Assembly (NCBI RefSeq): GCF_000497125.1
Contig: NC_090598.1
Coordinates: 868,001-932,000, forward strand
DNA: 64,000 nucleotides
Origin: Spironucleus salmonicida
Lineage: Eukaryota
Direction: 5' to 3'
A program made the translations under genes and the position numbers. The notes under the pieces are model-generated. The model had not been told where the DNA came from. It did not search any database and saw nothing but the letters and a program-made list of their open reading frames with translations. This document shows, piece by piece, positions 23,977 to 36,332 of the stretch (position 1 is the stretch's first letter; every line of letters begins with the position of its first letter).

Positions 23977-24636
23977 TCACCAGAAGGCGCCGCTGTAGTT
24001 GGCGCTGAAGAGATTCAGGCTCGGGAGGTTGGAGTTGGCGAGGTTTGCCTGGAACATTTCCAGCGAGGCAATCGCCTGGTTAATTATAGGATCGTTCATG
24101 CCGTAATAGGCAGGCTGATGCGCGTGCTAGGTCTGGGGATGGTTGCTGAAGAGTGGCTTCAGAACAATTGTGTCCTTGGGGTCTGGTACCCGGTTAGCTA
24201 GCTGCCGCTCGCCGCTCCGGAGCCCCTTAACCACGTGGTACACAAGGTTGTCGACGGCGATGGGGAAGATGTCCTTTCCTTCCACCAGCTTCTTGCAGCT
24301 CTCGCGAGGAGTCTTCTAGTCCACGTCTGGCCCCTCCTCGTGGTACGCCTAGGCAATGCAGTCGATGAGTACCTTATGGTAGCGCTTGATGTCCCCTGAG
24401 TATGCATGCTTCTGATAGCAGTTTGAGAAGTGCTTGGTGGACCAGTCCCCGGTGACCCCTAGGATCTTGTTCAGTGCCGGCCAGAACCCCTGACGATCCT
24501 GCTTAGACAGGCTGTGGAATAGCGCAATAGCATCGCGGGGAGATGCGTTCTGCGGAAGGTCTGGAACTCTTGTGCGGAGAACCCGCAGGAACGCCTCGTC
24601 GAAGGCCTGGTGTGCGACTGGCGGTGTCCTGCCCAT
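23977..24636 (-). CDS. hypothetical protein, possibly divergent Myb/SANT-like, copy 1
   Basis: GFWPALNKILG...KHFSNCY; open through TAG. Confidence 0.6.
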
Positions 24637-24731
24637 TTTTATGCAGTATCGCATACCATATTATATAAACGCATTGTATTTGTGGTTTAGACCAGTTCCC
24701 TAAAACCTAATTACCAGACAGAGCAATTACC

Positions 24732-26228
24732 TCACTTCACATCGTTGATCCAGCTCACACCAGTCTCCTGCCTGTCCATGAACCTCACGACCTGGTTGTA
24801 GCTCTTCTTGTACTCCTCGTTTTTCTCCTCCCTGGCAGCGATGATCGGAATCTGCTGTTCGGCCCTGAATTCCTTCATTTTCTTCACTATTTCCTTCTTG
24901 TCCGCCTCCTTCTCGAGCGCGATGTCCCGCTTCTTCCTAGCGACCACAATGTCGACCTCCTGCCTCTGCGCAATGCCTCTTTGGCGTTTTTCCTCCAATA
25001 AACGCTATCTCACGACCCCCTCGGCCTGGCGCTCGTCCTCGACCAGCTCGATCATACGCCTGCCGTACGCCATGTCCTCCATTTTCGCTGTAACCGATAT
25101 AGCGTGTCTTTCGGCCTCCTGGATCTGCTAGGTCTCGTAAACGTCCTAATTGACCGATTTCCAGTGCCCGTACCACTGCTTTTACTGCTCTTTCTTGCGC
25201 TGTCCGTCAACTTTCGCGTGCATCATCGAGTCAATAACGGCTTATTTCTTCTCCTCAGCCTCTTATATCACATGCTCAGCGTTCTTCTATTTGACCGCAT
25301 TTGCATCGCGTATTTTCTGCTAGAAAGCACTCTATTTCGCCTTTGTATAGTCCTGCAAACTGTCCTTAGCCGAATCCGTCCGAATTTCCTCCTGATATAA
25401 CATTTTCCGCTCCTTTTGAAATGCGTCGCGTTTTTCCTGCTCTTTTTAGAGGAAAAATTCGTACATTTCGGCCGTTTTTTGCTTCTTTTCAATCTCTGAA
25501 ATTCGCTCATTTTCGCAGTCCTCAACGTACCGCTAATGCATGATTTTGGCCTCCGCGAGCTCCTTTTCGGTCTCGAAAGTCCCAAAAGTCTTGTCGAATA
25601 CTTGATCGCGAAATATTTTTTCGTTGAAATCGCTGCATTTTTTGCAGTTTTCGCGCGCCCTCTGCAGGATGACGCTCTTGAACGTCTTTTCCTTCGCGGC
25701 GGCGCCCTCCAAAAACGCGCGATAATTCGCGTCGTTTTGGGCCTCCGATTCGCATTTTTTACGATTTTCGACTTTCCACTCCTTCTCGAATCGCGCGCAA
25801 TCCGCTGCATTTCTGGCGACTTTCAAGTATCTGGAATACTCCGAATTGTCGCTAATTTTGGCTTTTGCGATTTCCACTTCTTCTTGTCTGCGCGCTTTTA
25901 GACGGTTTTCGTACGTTTCTGCGTTCTTGTACATCTCGTTTTGAATGTTTTTTTTGTGCGCTAAAATTTTTTGGATTCTTATGTCCTCGTTAGAAAAATC
26001 GGTGTTTGACCATTTTGAGGCCCTCGTGACTGCAATATTGGCCTCTTTGACGTCAATTTGCTCGTTTTGCGTGTTCTGGAGGTCGTTTTCTGTCGTTTTC
26101 GAGTTTGTTGGGTGCGCGCGGAATCGCATCTGGTCCAGATGGGATGTGGAGATGATGTTCGGCAGGGGGTTGTTTTGGGGCGGGGCGTGGTTGTTAGCCT
26201 TGTAAAAGACCGAATCCGTGTACGGCAT
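24732..26228 (-). CDS. coiled-coil protein, trichoplein/TPH-like, possibly axonemal (498 aa)
   Basis: Long E/K/R-rich helical frame joined through TAA/TAG; ends AAGTGA. Confidence 0.7.
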
Positions 26229-26301
26229 TATTACGGAACGAAATTGCGGAAAATGAAATATATGTATAATAGTATATAATAATGATAATATAATTTGAAA
26301 A

Positions 26302-26457
26302 ATGGTTGATGATCCAATTAAATTGAGTAGTGTGCAAAATCCAGGGATGAAGGCTATCCGGAATACGCTGGTCTGGAAGGCCCGGAGGGCTTACGAGGAG
26401 GCGATTGCGGAGGATGAGACGCTGAAATTGTTCATCGAGCAAATGCTGAAGAAGTGA
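26302..26457 (+). CDS. hypothetical small protein (51 aa)
   Basis: ATG to AAGTGA; 3' end inside repeat C. Confidence 0.4.
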   Translation: MVDDPIKLSSVQNPGMKAIRNTLVWKARRAYEEAIAEDETLKLFIEQMLKK

Positions 26458-26490
26458 GAGGGTTATATATAATAGTGGCGGCTGCGCAAA

Positions 26491-27957
26491 ATGGAGGATC
26501 CTCTATGGCACGGCATGCTGGCGCTCCAGGAGGACCTGAAGGCCGTAAAGGCGCTGCTGCTGCACCTGCCCTGTCCAGACGTCCCGGACCTCACCTTCCC
26601 GTGCGCTCCCCCGCGGCCCCCGTCCCCGCTCCCGGTGCTCCGCGAGCTCGTCCTGGCGGCGCCCACGCTCTCCCAGGCCACCGCGGTGCTGGAGGCGCCC
26701 GTGGGCTCTGCCGCCTTCGGGGACGCCCTGGCCGCCGTACACCGCCAGAGCGAGCGCACGCCGGGGCTGCGGCCGCTCGTGGCCTTCGGGGTGCAGAAGG
26801 CGCAGAACTACGCCCTGCTGGGCCTGCGCCAGATGCGCGAGAGCGCGTTCGCGGGGCGGCAGCGCATGACGATGCGGCAGGTGCAGGCCCAGTTCCTGTC
26901 CCCGGGCGCGCGGGCGGCCTTCGACGTGTGGCGCCAGACCGACTTCGAGGGCTTCTGGGACGCCCTCGTCGCCGGGTACGTCCGCACCGTGGGGGAGTAC
27001 AACGCGCAGCACCTCCGGGTGGGGGCCAGCGCGCCAGCCGCCCCCGCCCTGCCGCGCACGCTGCTGGGCTTCGCGGTGCACCGGACGGCGGGGAGCGTGT
27101 CGGAGGCGGAGCAGCAGGCGGCGGAAGGCAGCTTCCCCCTGTCCAACCAGTTCCTGACGGAGGCGGGCGCGCTGCTCAACGGGGCAGGGGTGGCCTCCGT
27201 CCAGGCGCACGTGGCGGGCCTGGGGTTTCCGGAGGTGCGGCTGCTGCAGCAGGGGCTGCGCGACCGGGCCCTGACGGCGGTGCTGTACGACCTCATCTTC
27301 CTGCGGCGCACGTTCCTCACGCCAGTGGCGACCTACTTCTCGCTGCTGCTGTTCGAGCAGGAGGCCGTGGCGTGTCTCACCGCGGACGCCGGCCTGCAGT
27401 TCCGCGTGCTGGGCCGCCTGTTCCAGCCCCTCTTCGCCTCGGTGAGCCGCCTGCTCCTCGAGACGCGCTGCCTCACGCGCTACGCGGAGGTGCTGTGCCT
27501 CGCCGGGGCGTTGCGGCCGTTCTGCGGCCCCTTCGCCGCCAAGCAGCTCGGCGCCATGGAGGGGTTCTGCGCGCGCGGGATCGCCTGCGAGGCGGCTGGG
27601 CTCGCGCTCGTCTCGCGGGACCCGCCGCCGTGCCTGCCCACCGCGCCCTCGGCCTACTGCATGGCGGCGTGCGGCGTGCTGCGGCTCACCGGGGCGACTG
27701 CCGGGGTGGAGGGCATCGCTGGGCTGCGGGCGGGCCTCCTGGGCGCGGTTGAGGCCGCCGCCCCCACAGCGGTCGCGCGGCTCAACGCCCTCGGCCTGGC
27801 CGCCGCGATGCTGGACGCCGACGACCCCCTGCAGAGCGAGCTGGCGCGGCGCGTTGATGGGGCGAGGGCGGCGGTGCGCTAGGAGCTGGCTGCCCGCACC
27901 GCTGGGCGGGAGGCCGGCGTGATCGGGGAGTGGGAGCGCCGGAGCCTGTGGGAGTGA
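26491..27957 (+). CDS. alpha-helical protein, possibly Vps52-like (488 aa), copy 1
   Basis: Reads through TAG at 27880 to GAGTGA; family resemblance weak, by eye. Confidence 0.65.
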
Positions 27958-27966
27958 GGATGGCAG

Positions 27967-28773
27967 TCACTTCGAGTTGTGGCCGGTCCACTTCTGGCAC
28001 ACGTTCTCGGGCCCCAGGGCGTTCACCTCCTCGCACAGCCCGGCGAAGGGCACCGGCGCATACTGGGCGGCGCGGACTGGGTTCTTGACGACCCGCGCGC
28101 GCTGCAGCTGCTCCGCGATCACTGCGCTCGGGGAGGCCGCGAAGGCCTCGGTGAAGGCGTGAAAGCGCAGGCGCTTGAGGAAGGACGCGCGGAGGCGGGC
28201 CAGGGGCGCGAACGAAGGCGGCGCGGCCGGAGTGGGGTTGCGCAGCCCCCAGAAGGGGAAGTAGCAGTCGCCCGCCGGCACCTCCGCCTCCTGCAGTGCG
28301 ACCACCGTGCCGCGGTATCCGGCGCGCAGGGCGGCCGCCTGCACGTCCGTGAGCAGGAACACCCCGGGCCCGCGCGACCCGGGCAGCAGGGAGTGCGCGA
28401 TCACCTCGGTGGGGTGCAGCAGCAAGTCGGCGGGCAGCGCGGCGAGCGCGGGGGCGGGGAGGCGCAGCACTGTCCTGCCGGCGCGCGCCTCCACCCGAAT
28501 TCCGAGTGCCGCGGGGTCCACCGGGGCGCCGGCCGCCAGAATCGCCGGGAAGGTAGCCACCGTGGTGCGCAGCCGCCCGCAGGCGAGGGCGAGCACGCTC
28601 ACGACGCCGGCGGCGACACGGACCACCACGGGCGTCGGGACGCGGGGAAGCTGCTGCGCCAGGGCCCGCAGGGTCAGCGCGCGCTCCTTCTCCAGGATGC
28701 GCCCCAGCATGCGGTCCGCCGGCGCCGGGAGGCCTGCGGGGACAGCGGCGGGGTAGAGGCGGACGTCGGCCAT
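27967..28773 (-). CDS. hypothetical protein, possibly divergent BAF60/SMARCD-like, copy 1
   Basis: Ends AAGTGA; C-terminal FTEAFAASPSAVIAEQL...NPVRAAQY. Confidence 0.6.
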   Translation of the reverse strand: MADVRLYPAAVPAGLPAPADRMLGRILEKERALTLRALAQQLPRVPTPVVVRVAAGVVSVLALACGRLRTTVATFPAILAAGAPVDPAALGIRVEARAGRTVLRLPAPALAALPADLLLHPTEVIAHSLLPGSRGPGVFLLTDVQAAALRAGYRGTVVALQEAEVPAGDCYFPFWGLRNPTPAAPPSFAPLARLRASFLKRLRFHAFTEAFAASPSAVIAEQLQRARVVKNPVRAAQYAPVPFAGLCEEVNALGPENVCQKWTGHNSK

Positions 28774-28805
28774 TTCGGAGGGGCGGGATATGGGAAAGGA
28801 ACGCC

Positions 28806-29230
28806 TCACTTAGCCCTGCGGGCCTCGCGCTCCACGAAGCGCTGGCGGCCGCGGGACAGCCCCAGGCTCTTGCTGCGCACCAGCTCTGCGGCCGCGCCCC
28901 TGCGGCGAATGGCGGCCAGCTCGCGCTCGATCTCCCCGGTGCGGTCCGCAAGCTGGGCCCGCGACAGGCGGAAGGCGGAGGGGATGCGCTCCAGGCACAC
29001 GCAGGAGGCCCCAGCCTGGATGTGCAGAGCGCCAGGGACCGGGGCTCCAGGTCGAGCGCGTGCAGCTGGGCCGCCGTGGGCGTGCAGTTCTCGGAGGAGG
29101 CCTGCGAGCAGCCCGAGAAGTTCAGCGGGGTCCTCGGTATCTTCTGCCTGATCGCCTTGGGGCGGGGCTGCTCCACGGGCACCTCGCGGCTGCGCTCGCT
29201 GATGATCCGCTGCAGGGTAGCGATGTCCAT
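28806..29230 (-). pseudogene. frameshifted copy of 33155-33580
   Basis: C4 instead of C5 near 29010; could be a sequencing error. Confidence 0.55.
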
Positions 29231-30108
29231 TTCGCGGAGTGGGTGGCGCTGGCAGAGCGGCTGAGGGTTTTTTAGCAAACAGTTTACTGCAAATTATTAT
29301 CCATGGCTATATTGAAGTATCATTAGCTTAATTCAATAAACCAAATATAATTTGTTCACATTCGTGGTTTACATAGTGTAGAAAACACCGAAACATAACG
29401 TTAATGACAACAGTGTAATTTTGTTTAGAAAATCAAAAATAAAATACTTTTTAACTAATTCACTATGGCTATCATTACATAGCTAGTGTTAATAGTAATG
29501 CATCTAATCTTTCAACTTACTACTTACGAATTTTGTAGTATTTATTCTGAATAACACGTACAGAAATAAGAGGGAAATACATTTGTTAAATACGTTACCA
29601 ATCCCCCCTCATATTTAAAACAGCTTACTTTAGTTGCGTCGTTTCAACATAGTTCCATCTATGATAATTCATTGGGAAAGGTGTACAATAAGAAATATTT
29701 CAATTATAAATATTATCATATTTACATAGAATTCGGAACAGGAATCAGATAGTTCCACTTAAATTAACGATTACAAAAATAACTTGAAAAAGAATAGTAT
29801 ATAGTATATTAATATTGTATGCATTTAGAAATAATTATTAGTCTAATTACCACTTCAATTTATCATATTATATATATCCAATATATTTACCTCTTTATTA
29901 AGATAGTTCTATCGAAACCTAGGATTTCCTAGTTTCAGCTAAGATTTAACGTCCGGACAATCATAATTAAAATGTATTATACATTTAGTATATTATTTTA
30001 TAACATGTTAAATATCTCAGGAAAAATTCAACCGGAACACTGAAGTAAAACTCATTATATAATATACATTTCCTATTGCTTATGAAGTATATATAAAATA
30101 AATTTCCA

Positions 30109-32745
30109 TCAGATAATTCTGCCAGATTTTTGAATTTCTTCTCTAACAAGAGAACAGAACTCCTTGTTTTCGAGTAAATCCTCAATAGTCATTGGCATTC
30201 TGTATCTCCAATACCACTCAGCAATTTCTGGGTGGTTTATATCTTCCTTGGCGACGTCTCCACTATATCTAGTTTTTTCAGTAATTGCAGTCCAATCTTA
30301 TATCAAAAACATGCTAATCATGCTCTCAGTATGGAGCAATTTGCGAACAATATTAAGACTGTCAGAAACAGTTAAAGGTTTCTTCCAGCAATCATCATGT
30401 CTATCTAATTCTGTTCTCCAATACTCTTCGACTTACTTACCGCCCCTTGACCACCAACTTCTCAAACTTGGGCAATCATGGGTACCAGGAGTACAAACAG
30501 TCATCCAGCTGTAGTTTTCTTGTGTTTAAAATGTATTTTATGGGTTAGATGGCATATTGTGTACTCTTAATCCAAGTAAACCAAACTCTTCCATCTTTTA
30601 AGGAACGATTGGAGCCAATAGACCTAAGTCCTCACCAATAATTAACATATTTGAAGCTTTCCCAATAATTGGGAGTCTTATGGAGGCAGTATCAGCCCAT
30701 ACACCTTAATGAGCCTTGAAAAAGTAGTCATTTGCAATTTCGCGAAGTAAGTGCTTGGTGCCGTCATTTAATGCTTTGAAAGATGGAGTTTCAGTAGCGT
30801 ATTTTAAATTACAGAATATTGGATGACCGCAATTTTACCCGTTTAATCTATCACGAGTCATGCATCTGTTAGCATTTAATAAAACTATCGCTGTTTTAAT
30901 ATTTTCAAATTGTGCATCATCTGTAATAAGCTTTCGTGCTTTATCAACGCTTTATTTTTCATTAAGTGAAAATCTAAGCCTATTTTGAATGGAATCAAAG
31001 TAAAAGAAACCGTTATTTTCAAGAAATTCGTATTCAGAGACATTACAAAGAGTTGGAATGACGTTAGATTTTTCCAGCAATGGTTCACAAAGACGATCTA
31101 TATCCCAAAATTAAATTCTGTCCCAGTAGATAGGATCGCAAGGCGCAAAATGCCCTAATCTTCCATTACCTTTAACACATTCACCAGGAATTTCCCAAAT
31201 TCTGAACCATCCTAAAACGTGATCAATTCTAAATGAATCGAAATATCTTTCCATGCTTCTAAAACGGATGCTCCACCATTCAAACTGATTATCTTTTTGC
31301 ATTTCTGTCCAATTATAAGTAGGGAATCCCCAATTTTGTCCCGTCTCCGAGAATTGATCAGGAGGCGCCCCAGTGCATGTATCCATATTAAATAGCCCAG
31401 TTCTCTCCCAGGTATCAACAGAAATAGGATTTACGCCAATCGGAATATCACCTTTCAGGAAAACACCATTTTCACGGGCATAGGATGCAGCACTCACAAG
31501 CTACTGATCCAAAACGTATTAAATGAAGGCATAAAACCAAATTTCTGATTTTTTAGTACCGTAAAATATATCTTTTAAATATACTTACCTTTCCTGCATA
31601 TCAAGTTTAACAAATTTTTCGTTATCGTAAACCGCATTTTTGCCCCACTTGCTGAAATCGATAGTGCCAAACTGCTCAGTAAGCCATTTAAACACACAAT
31701 AACCGTATATCCAGTAATCCACATCACGAGTTTCCGCAACCCATTTTTTGATTTTCCCTTCCAATTTGCCAATTTGCTTGTTGTAAATTAGCCTCAAAAT
31801 GCGCATTTTCTCAGAAATCGTGAGCTCGTAATCCATGCTAATTTCGCCTCCCGCGCACCTCATTTTCGCTCCCTATATCTCCTTTTCGAATTCTGACGCC
31901 CCCTCAATTTCGCGCAAATTCGCGTAAATCGGGTGCATCGCGAACACGGAAATCCCGGAATACGGGTACGAGTCCTTCCAGTTATTTTCGCACTGGGTGT
32001 CGTTAATAGGCAGGATTTGTATCACCCTGACGCCCGTTTTGCTGCACAAATCGGACAGCATTTTCAGGTCCGAAAACTCGCCGCAGCCGACGGAATTCGT
32101 CGTTTTGAGCGAAAAAACCGGCGTGTTTACGCCCGAAAAACGCGTTTTTGGAGCGTTTTCGTACCTGAAAAAATGCGTCGAAATTGAGCCGATTTTGGAA
32201 GGGAAATTTTTGTGATTTTCGCCGAATTCCCACATTTAATTAGTAATAAATTTGTATTCGAATTCGTCGTTTGGAGCGAGAAACTCGTAAATTCGGTTTC
32301 CGATGTGGTGCATTTCGGTCGATTTGGACCAATTTTGAGACGTCGAAATGCTGACCGAGGCGCACGGATAGGGCACCAGGACGCGAATTACGTGGTTAGA
32401 ACACGTGAATTCTGATGGATTTTGGGGCTTTCCGGCGATGACCTGAAAGGCGGTTGAATACCACGGATTCGCTCTAGAGGGCGAAAAATCGTCACTTAAA
32501 ACAATCTCTGCGCCGTCTACGAAGGGCGGCAGCGCACGCGTCATTACGTCGTCTCTTATATCAGTAAAATAGCGATATGTTGCTGATTCGTATTTTTAGA
32601 ATATAATAGTCGCTTTTTGTGAGTTTTTTGTGTACGTGAGCGGGACTGGGAATTCGCGTGTGCCGAGCTCAGCGGTCGAGCCGAGTAGGTAGATTTGCTC
32701 TGCGTGGTTTGCGGTGTAGTTGGCGAGGTGGAAAGTGACTTTCAT
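30109..32745 (-). CDS. 4-alpha-glucanotransferase (GH77, DPE2/MalQ type, CBM20-like N-terminus; 878 aa)
   Basis: QILPINDT, SYPYSGIS, LKGDIPIGV, GAPPD, QNWGFPTYNW, FRIDHVLG, EDLG and THD motifs in one frame. Confidence 0.93.
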
Positions 32746-33154
32746 TTTTAAGGAAAGGGAAAAATTAGATTACTGATATAATAGTGAAAAATGCGTATCT
32801 GACGATTTGAATAACTGTCAGTTATTTACGGTGAGAATAAGGTTAAATGGGCGTTTGGAATTGCGAATAGGTGTTAAAATTTGTAAAAACCTGGAACACT
32901 TTTAATGAGATGTATTTTCAGTGCAATTTGACAAATTGCGTAAATTAACATGCAAGGTGTAAATTTTAAGATTTGAAATTATATGATCAGTTTTATCGAG
33001 AAATTTAGCTACAAACAGCTAGTAATTTCCTCCTCAAAGATTGAAAATTGTCATGAATACGTAATTTGGGCTAGCTAAATTTTGATTACCTATTTATGAA
33101 AACTGTTTGCCAAAAAACCCTCAGCCGCTCTGCCAGCGCCACCCACTCCGCGAA

Positions 33155-33580
33155 ATGGACATCGCTACCCTGCAGCGGATCATCAGCGAGCGCAGCCGCG
33201 AGGTGCCCGTGGAGCAGCCCCGCCCCAAGGCGATCAGGCAGAAGATACCGAGGACCCCGCTGAACTTCTCGGGCTGCTCGCAGGCCTCCTCCGAGAACTG
33301 CACGCCCACGGCGGCCCAGCTGCACGCGCTCGACCTGGAGCCCCGGTCCCTGGCGCTCTGCACATCCAGGCTGGGGGCCTCCTGCGTGTGCCTGGAGCGC
33401 ATCCCCTCCGCCTTCCGCCTGTCGCGGGCCCAGCTTGCGGACCGCACCGGGGAGATCGAGCGCGAGCTGGCCGCCATTCGCCGCAGGGGCGCGGCCGCAG
33501 AGCTGGTGCGCAGCAAGAGCCTGGGGCTGTCCCGCGGCCGCCAGCGCTTCGTGGAGCGCGAGGCCCGCAGGGCTAAGTGA
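33155..33580 (+). CDS. hypothetical protein (141 aa), intact copy
   Basis: CCCACTCCGCGAA before ATG; ends AAGTGA. Confidence 0.65.
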   Translation: MDIATLQRIISERSREVPVEQPRPKAIRQKIPRTPLNFSGCSQASSENCTPTAAQLHALDLEPRSLALCTSRLGASCVCLERIPSAFRLSRAQLADRTGEIERELAAIRRRGAAAELVRSKSLGLSRGRQRFVEREARRAK

Positions 33581-33612
33581 GGCGTTCCTTTCCCATATCC
33601 CGCCCCTCCGAA

Positions 33613-34419
33613 ATGGCCGACGTCCGCCTCTACCCCGCCGCTGTCCCCGCAGGCCTCCCGGCGCCGGCGGACCGCATGCTGGGGCGCATCCTGGAGAAGG
33701 AGCGCGCGCTGACCCTGCGGGCCCTGGCGCAGCAGCTTCCCCGCGTCCCGACGCCCGTGGTGGTCCGTGTCGCCGCCGGCGTCGTGAGCGTGCTCGCCCT
33801 CGCCTGCGGGCGGCTGCGCACCACGGTGGCTACCTTCCCGGCGATTCTGGCGGCCGGCGCCCCGGTGGACCCCGCGGCACTCGGAATTCGGGTGGAGGCG
33901 CGCGCCGGCAGGACAGTGCTGCGCCTCCCCGCCCCCGCGCTCGCCGCGCTGCCCGCCGACTTGCTGCTGCACCCCACCGAGGTGATCGCGCACTCCCTGC
34001 TGCCCGGGTCGCGCGGGCCCGGGGTGTTCCTGCTCACGGACGTGCAGGCGGCCGCCCTGCGCGCCGGATACCGCGGCACGGTGGTCGCACTGCAGGAGGC
34101 GGAGGTGCCGGCGGGCGACTGCTACTTCCCCTTCTGGGGGCTGCGCAACCCCACTCCGGCCGCGCCGCCTTCGTTCGCGCCCCTGGCCCGCCTCCGCGCG
34201 TCCTTCCTCAAGCGCCTGCGCTTTCACGCCTTCACCGAGGCCTTCGCGGCCTCCCCGAGCGCAGTGATCGCGGAGCAGCTGCAGCGCGCGCGGGTCGTCA
34301 AGAACCCAGTCCGCGCCGCCCAGTATGCGCCGGTGCCCTTCGCCGGGCTGTGCGAGGAGGTGAACGCCCTGGGGCCCGAGAACGTGTGCCAGAAGTGGAC
34401 CGGCCACAACTCGAAGTGA
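33613..34419 (+). CDS. hypothetical protein, possibly BAF60/SMARCD-like, copy 2
   Basis: Same as 27967-28773. Confidence 0.6.
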   Translation: MADVRLYPAAVPAGLPAPADRMLGRILEKERALTLRALAQQLPRVPTPVVVRVAAGVVSVLALACGRLRTTVATFPAILAAGAPVDPAALGIRVEARAGRTVLRLPAPALAALPADLLLHPTEVIAHSLLPGSRGPGVFLLTDVQAAALRAGYRGTVVALQEAEVPAGDCYFPFWGLRNPTPAAPPSFAPLARLRASFLKRLRFHAFTEAFAASPSAVIAEQLQRARVVKNPVRAAQYAPVPFAGLCEEVNALGPENVCQKWTGHNSK

Positions 34420-34428
34420 CTGCCATCC

Positions 34429-35895
34429 TCACTCCCACAGGCTCCGGCGCTCCCACTCCCCGATCACGCCGGCCTCCCGCCCAGCGGTGCGGGCAGCCAG
34501 CTCCTAGCGCACCGCCGCCCTCGCCCCATCAACGCGCCGCGCCAGCTCGCTCTGCAGGGGGTCGTCGGCGTCCAGCATCGCGGCGGCCAGGCCGAGGGCG
34601 TTGAGCCGCGCGACCGCTGTGGGGGCGGCGGCCTCAACCGCGCCCAGGAGGCCCGCCCGCAGCCCAGCGATGCCCTCCACCCCGGCAGTCGCCCCGGTGA
34701 GCCGCAGCACGCCGCACGCCGCCATGCAGTAGGCCGAGGGCGCGGTGGGCAGGCACGGCGGCGGGTCCCGCGAGACGAGCGCGAGCCCAGCCGCCTCGCA
34801 GGCGATCCCGCGCGCGCAGAACCCCTCCATGGCGCCGAGCTGCTTGGCGGCGAAGGGGCCGCAGAACGGCCGCAACGCCCCGGCGAGGCACAGCACCTCC
34901 GCGTAGCGCGTGAGGCAGCGCGTCTCGAGGAGCAGGCGGCTCACCGAGGCGAAGAGGGGCTGGAACAGGCGGCCCAGCACGCGGAACTGCAGGCCGGCGT
35001 CCGCGGTGAGACACGCCACGGCCTCCTGCTCGAACAGCAGCAGCGAGAAGTAGGTCGCCACTGGCGTGAGGAACGTGCGCCGCAGGAAGATGAGGTCGTA
35101 CAGCACCGCCGTCAGGGCCCGGTCGCGCAGCCCCTGCTGCAGCAGCCGCACCTCCGGAAACCCCAGGCCCGCCACGTGCGCCTGGACGGAGGCCACCCCT
35201 GCCCCGTTGAGCAGCGCGCCCGCCTCCGTCAGGAACTGGTTGGACAGGGGGAAGCTGCCTTCCGCCGCCTGCTGCTCCGCCTCCGACACGCTCCCCGCCG
35301 TCCGGTGCACCGCGAAGCCCAGCAGCGTGCGCGGCAGGGCGGGGGCGGCTGGCGCGCTGGCCCCCACCCGGAGGTGCTGCGCGTTGTACTCCCCCACGGT
35401 GCGGACGTACCCGGCGACGAGGGCGTCCCAGAAGCCCTCGAAGTCGGTCTGGCGCCACACGTCGAAGGCCGCCCGCGCGCCCGGGGACAGGAACTGGGCC
35501 TGCACCTGCCGCATCGTCATGCGCTGCCGCCCCGCGAACGCGCTCTCGCGCATCTGGCGCAGGCCCAGCAGGGCGTAGTTCTGCGCCTTCTGCACCCCGA
35601 AGGCCACGAGCGGCCGCAGCCCCGGCGTGCGCTCGCTCTGGCGGTGTACGGCGGCCAGGGCGTCCCCGAAGGCGGCAGAGCCCACGGGCGCCTCCAGCAC
35701 CGCGGTGGCCTGGGAGAGCGTGGGCGCCGCCAGGACGAGCTCGCGGAGCACCGGGAGCGGGGACGGGGGCCGCGGGGGAGCGCACGGGAAGGTGAGGTCC
35801 GGGACGTCTGGACAGGGCAGGTGCAGCAGCAGCGCCTTTACGGCCTTCAGGTCCTCCTGGAGCGCCAGCATGCCGTGCCATAGAGGATCCTCCAT
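34429..35895 (-). CDS. possibly Vps52-like protein, copy 2
   Basis: Same as 26491-27957. Confidence 0.65.
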
Positions 35896-36104
35896 TTTGC
35901 GCAGCCGCCACTATTATATATAACCCTCTCACTTCTTCAGCATTTGCTCGATGAACAAATTCAGAACAAACTACGCTTCTGGGTAGTATATAGCGAGTAT
36001 CAGGCTATAAAGACTATTCTAATCCTTATGTTCAGTTGAAAATGCTGAGAAAAATAAATAATATCCAATAAACTTTTCACTTGGTTTAACTCGAACAACT
36101 GTAC

Positions 36105-36332
36105 TCAACCTAGACTATCTTCTGTTAGATCTAAAGTAAGAAGATCACAGTCGGCCAAATTTAGAAACTGATAGCAATTCTTTGAATCCCTAACAGCCTG
36201 GTCTATGTTGCCATTAATAATATGAGAGTTTGATCTGCTAGTTTTAAAAATCAGACACCCTAATGATTTTTGTGATTTTTTGAGTTTGTTAAAGTTCATG
36301 GGTGCAACAGCTGAACGGCCTTTTAGCTGCAT
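36105..36332 (-). CDS. hypothetical small protein (75 aa)
   Basis: ATG to TGA, AGTGA about 25 nt downstream. Confidence 0.4.
   Translation of the reverse strand: MQLKGRSAVAPMNFNKLKKSQKSLGCLIFKTSRSNSHIINGNIDQAVRDSKNCYQFLNLADCDLLTLDLTEDSLG

Larger units (their letters stand above)
21047..24819 (+). repeat. inverted repeat B, left arm (about 3.77 kb)
   Basis: Reverse complement of 40240-43996; scattered substitutions and a 16-bp indel near 24715. Confidence 0.95.
26428..29285 (+). repeat. inverted repeat C, left arm (about 2.86 kb)
   Basis: Reverse complement of 33100-35958; 1-bp indel near 29010. Confidence 0.95.
33100..35958 (-). repeat. inverted repeat C, right arm
   Basis: Reverse complement of 26428-29285. 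Confidence 0.95.
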
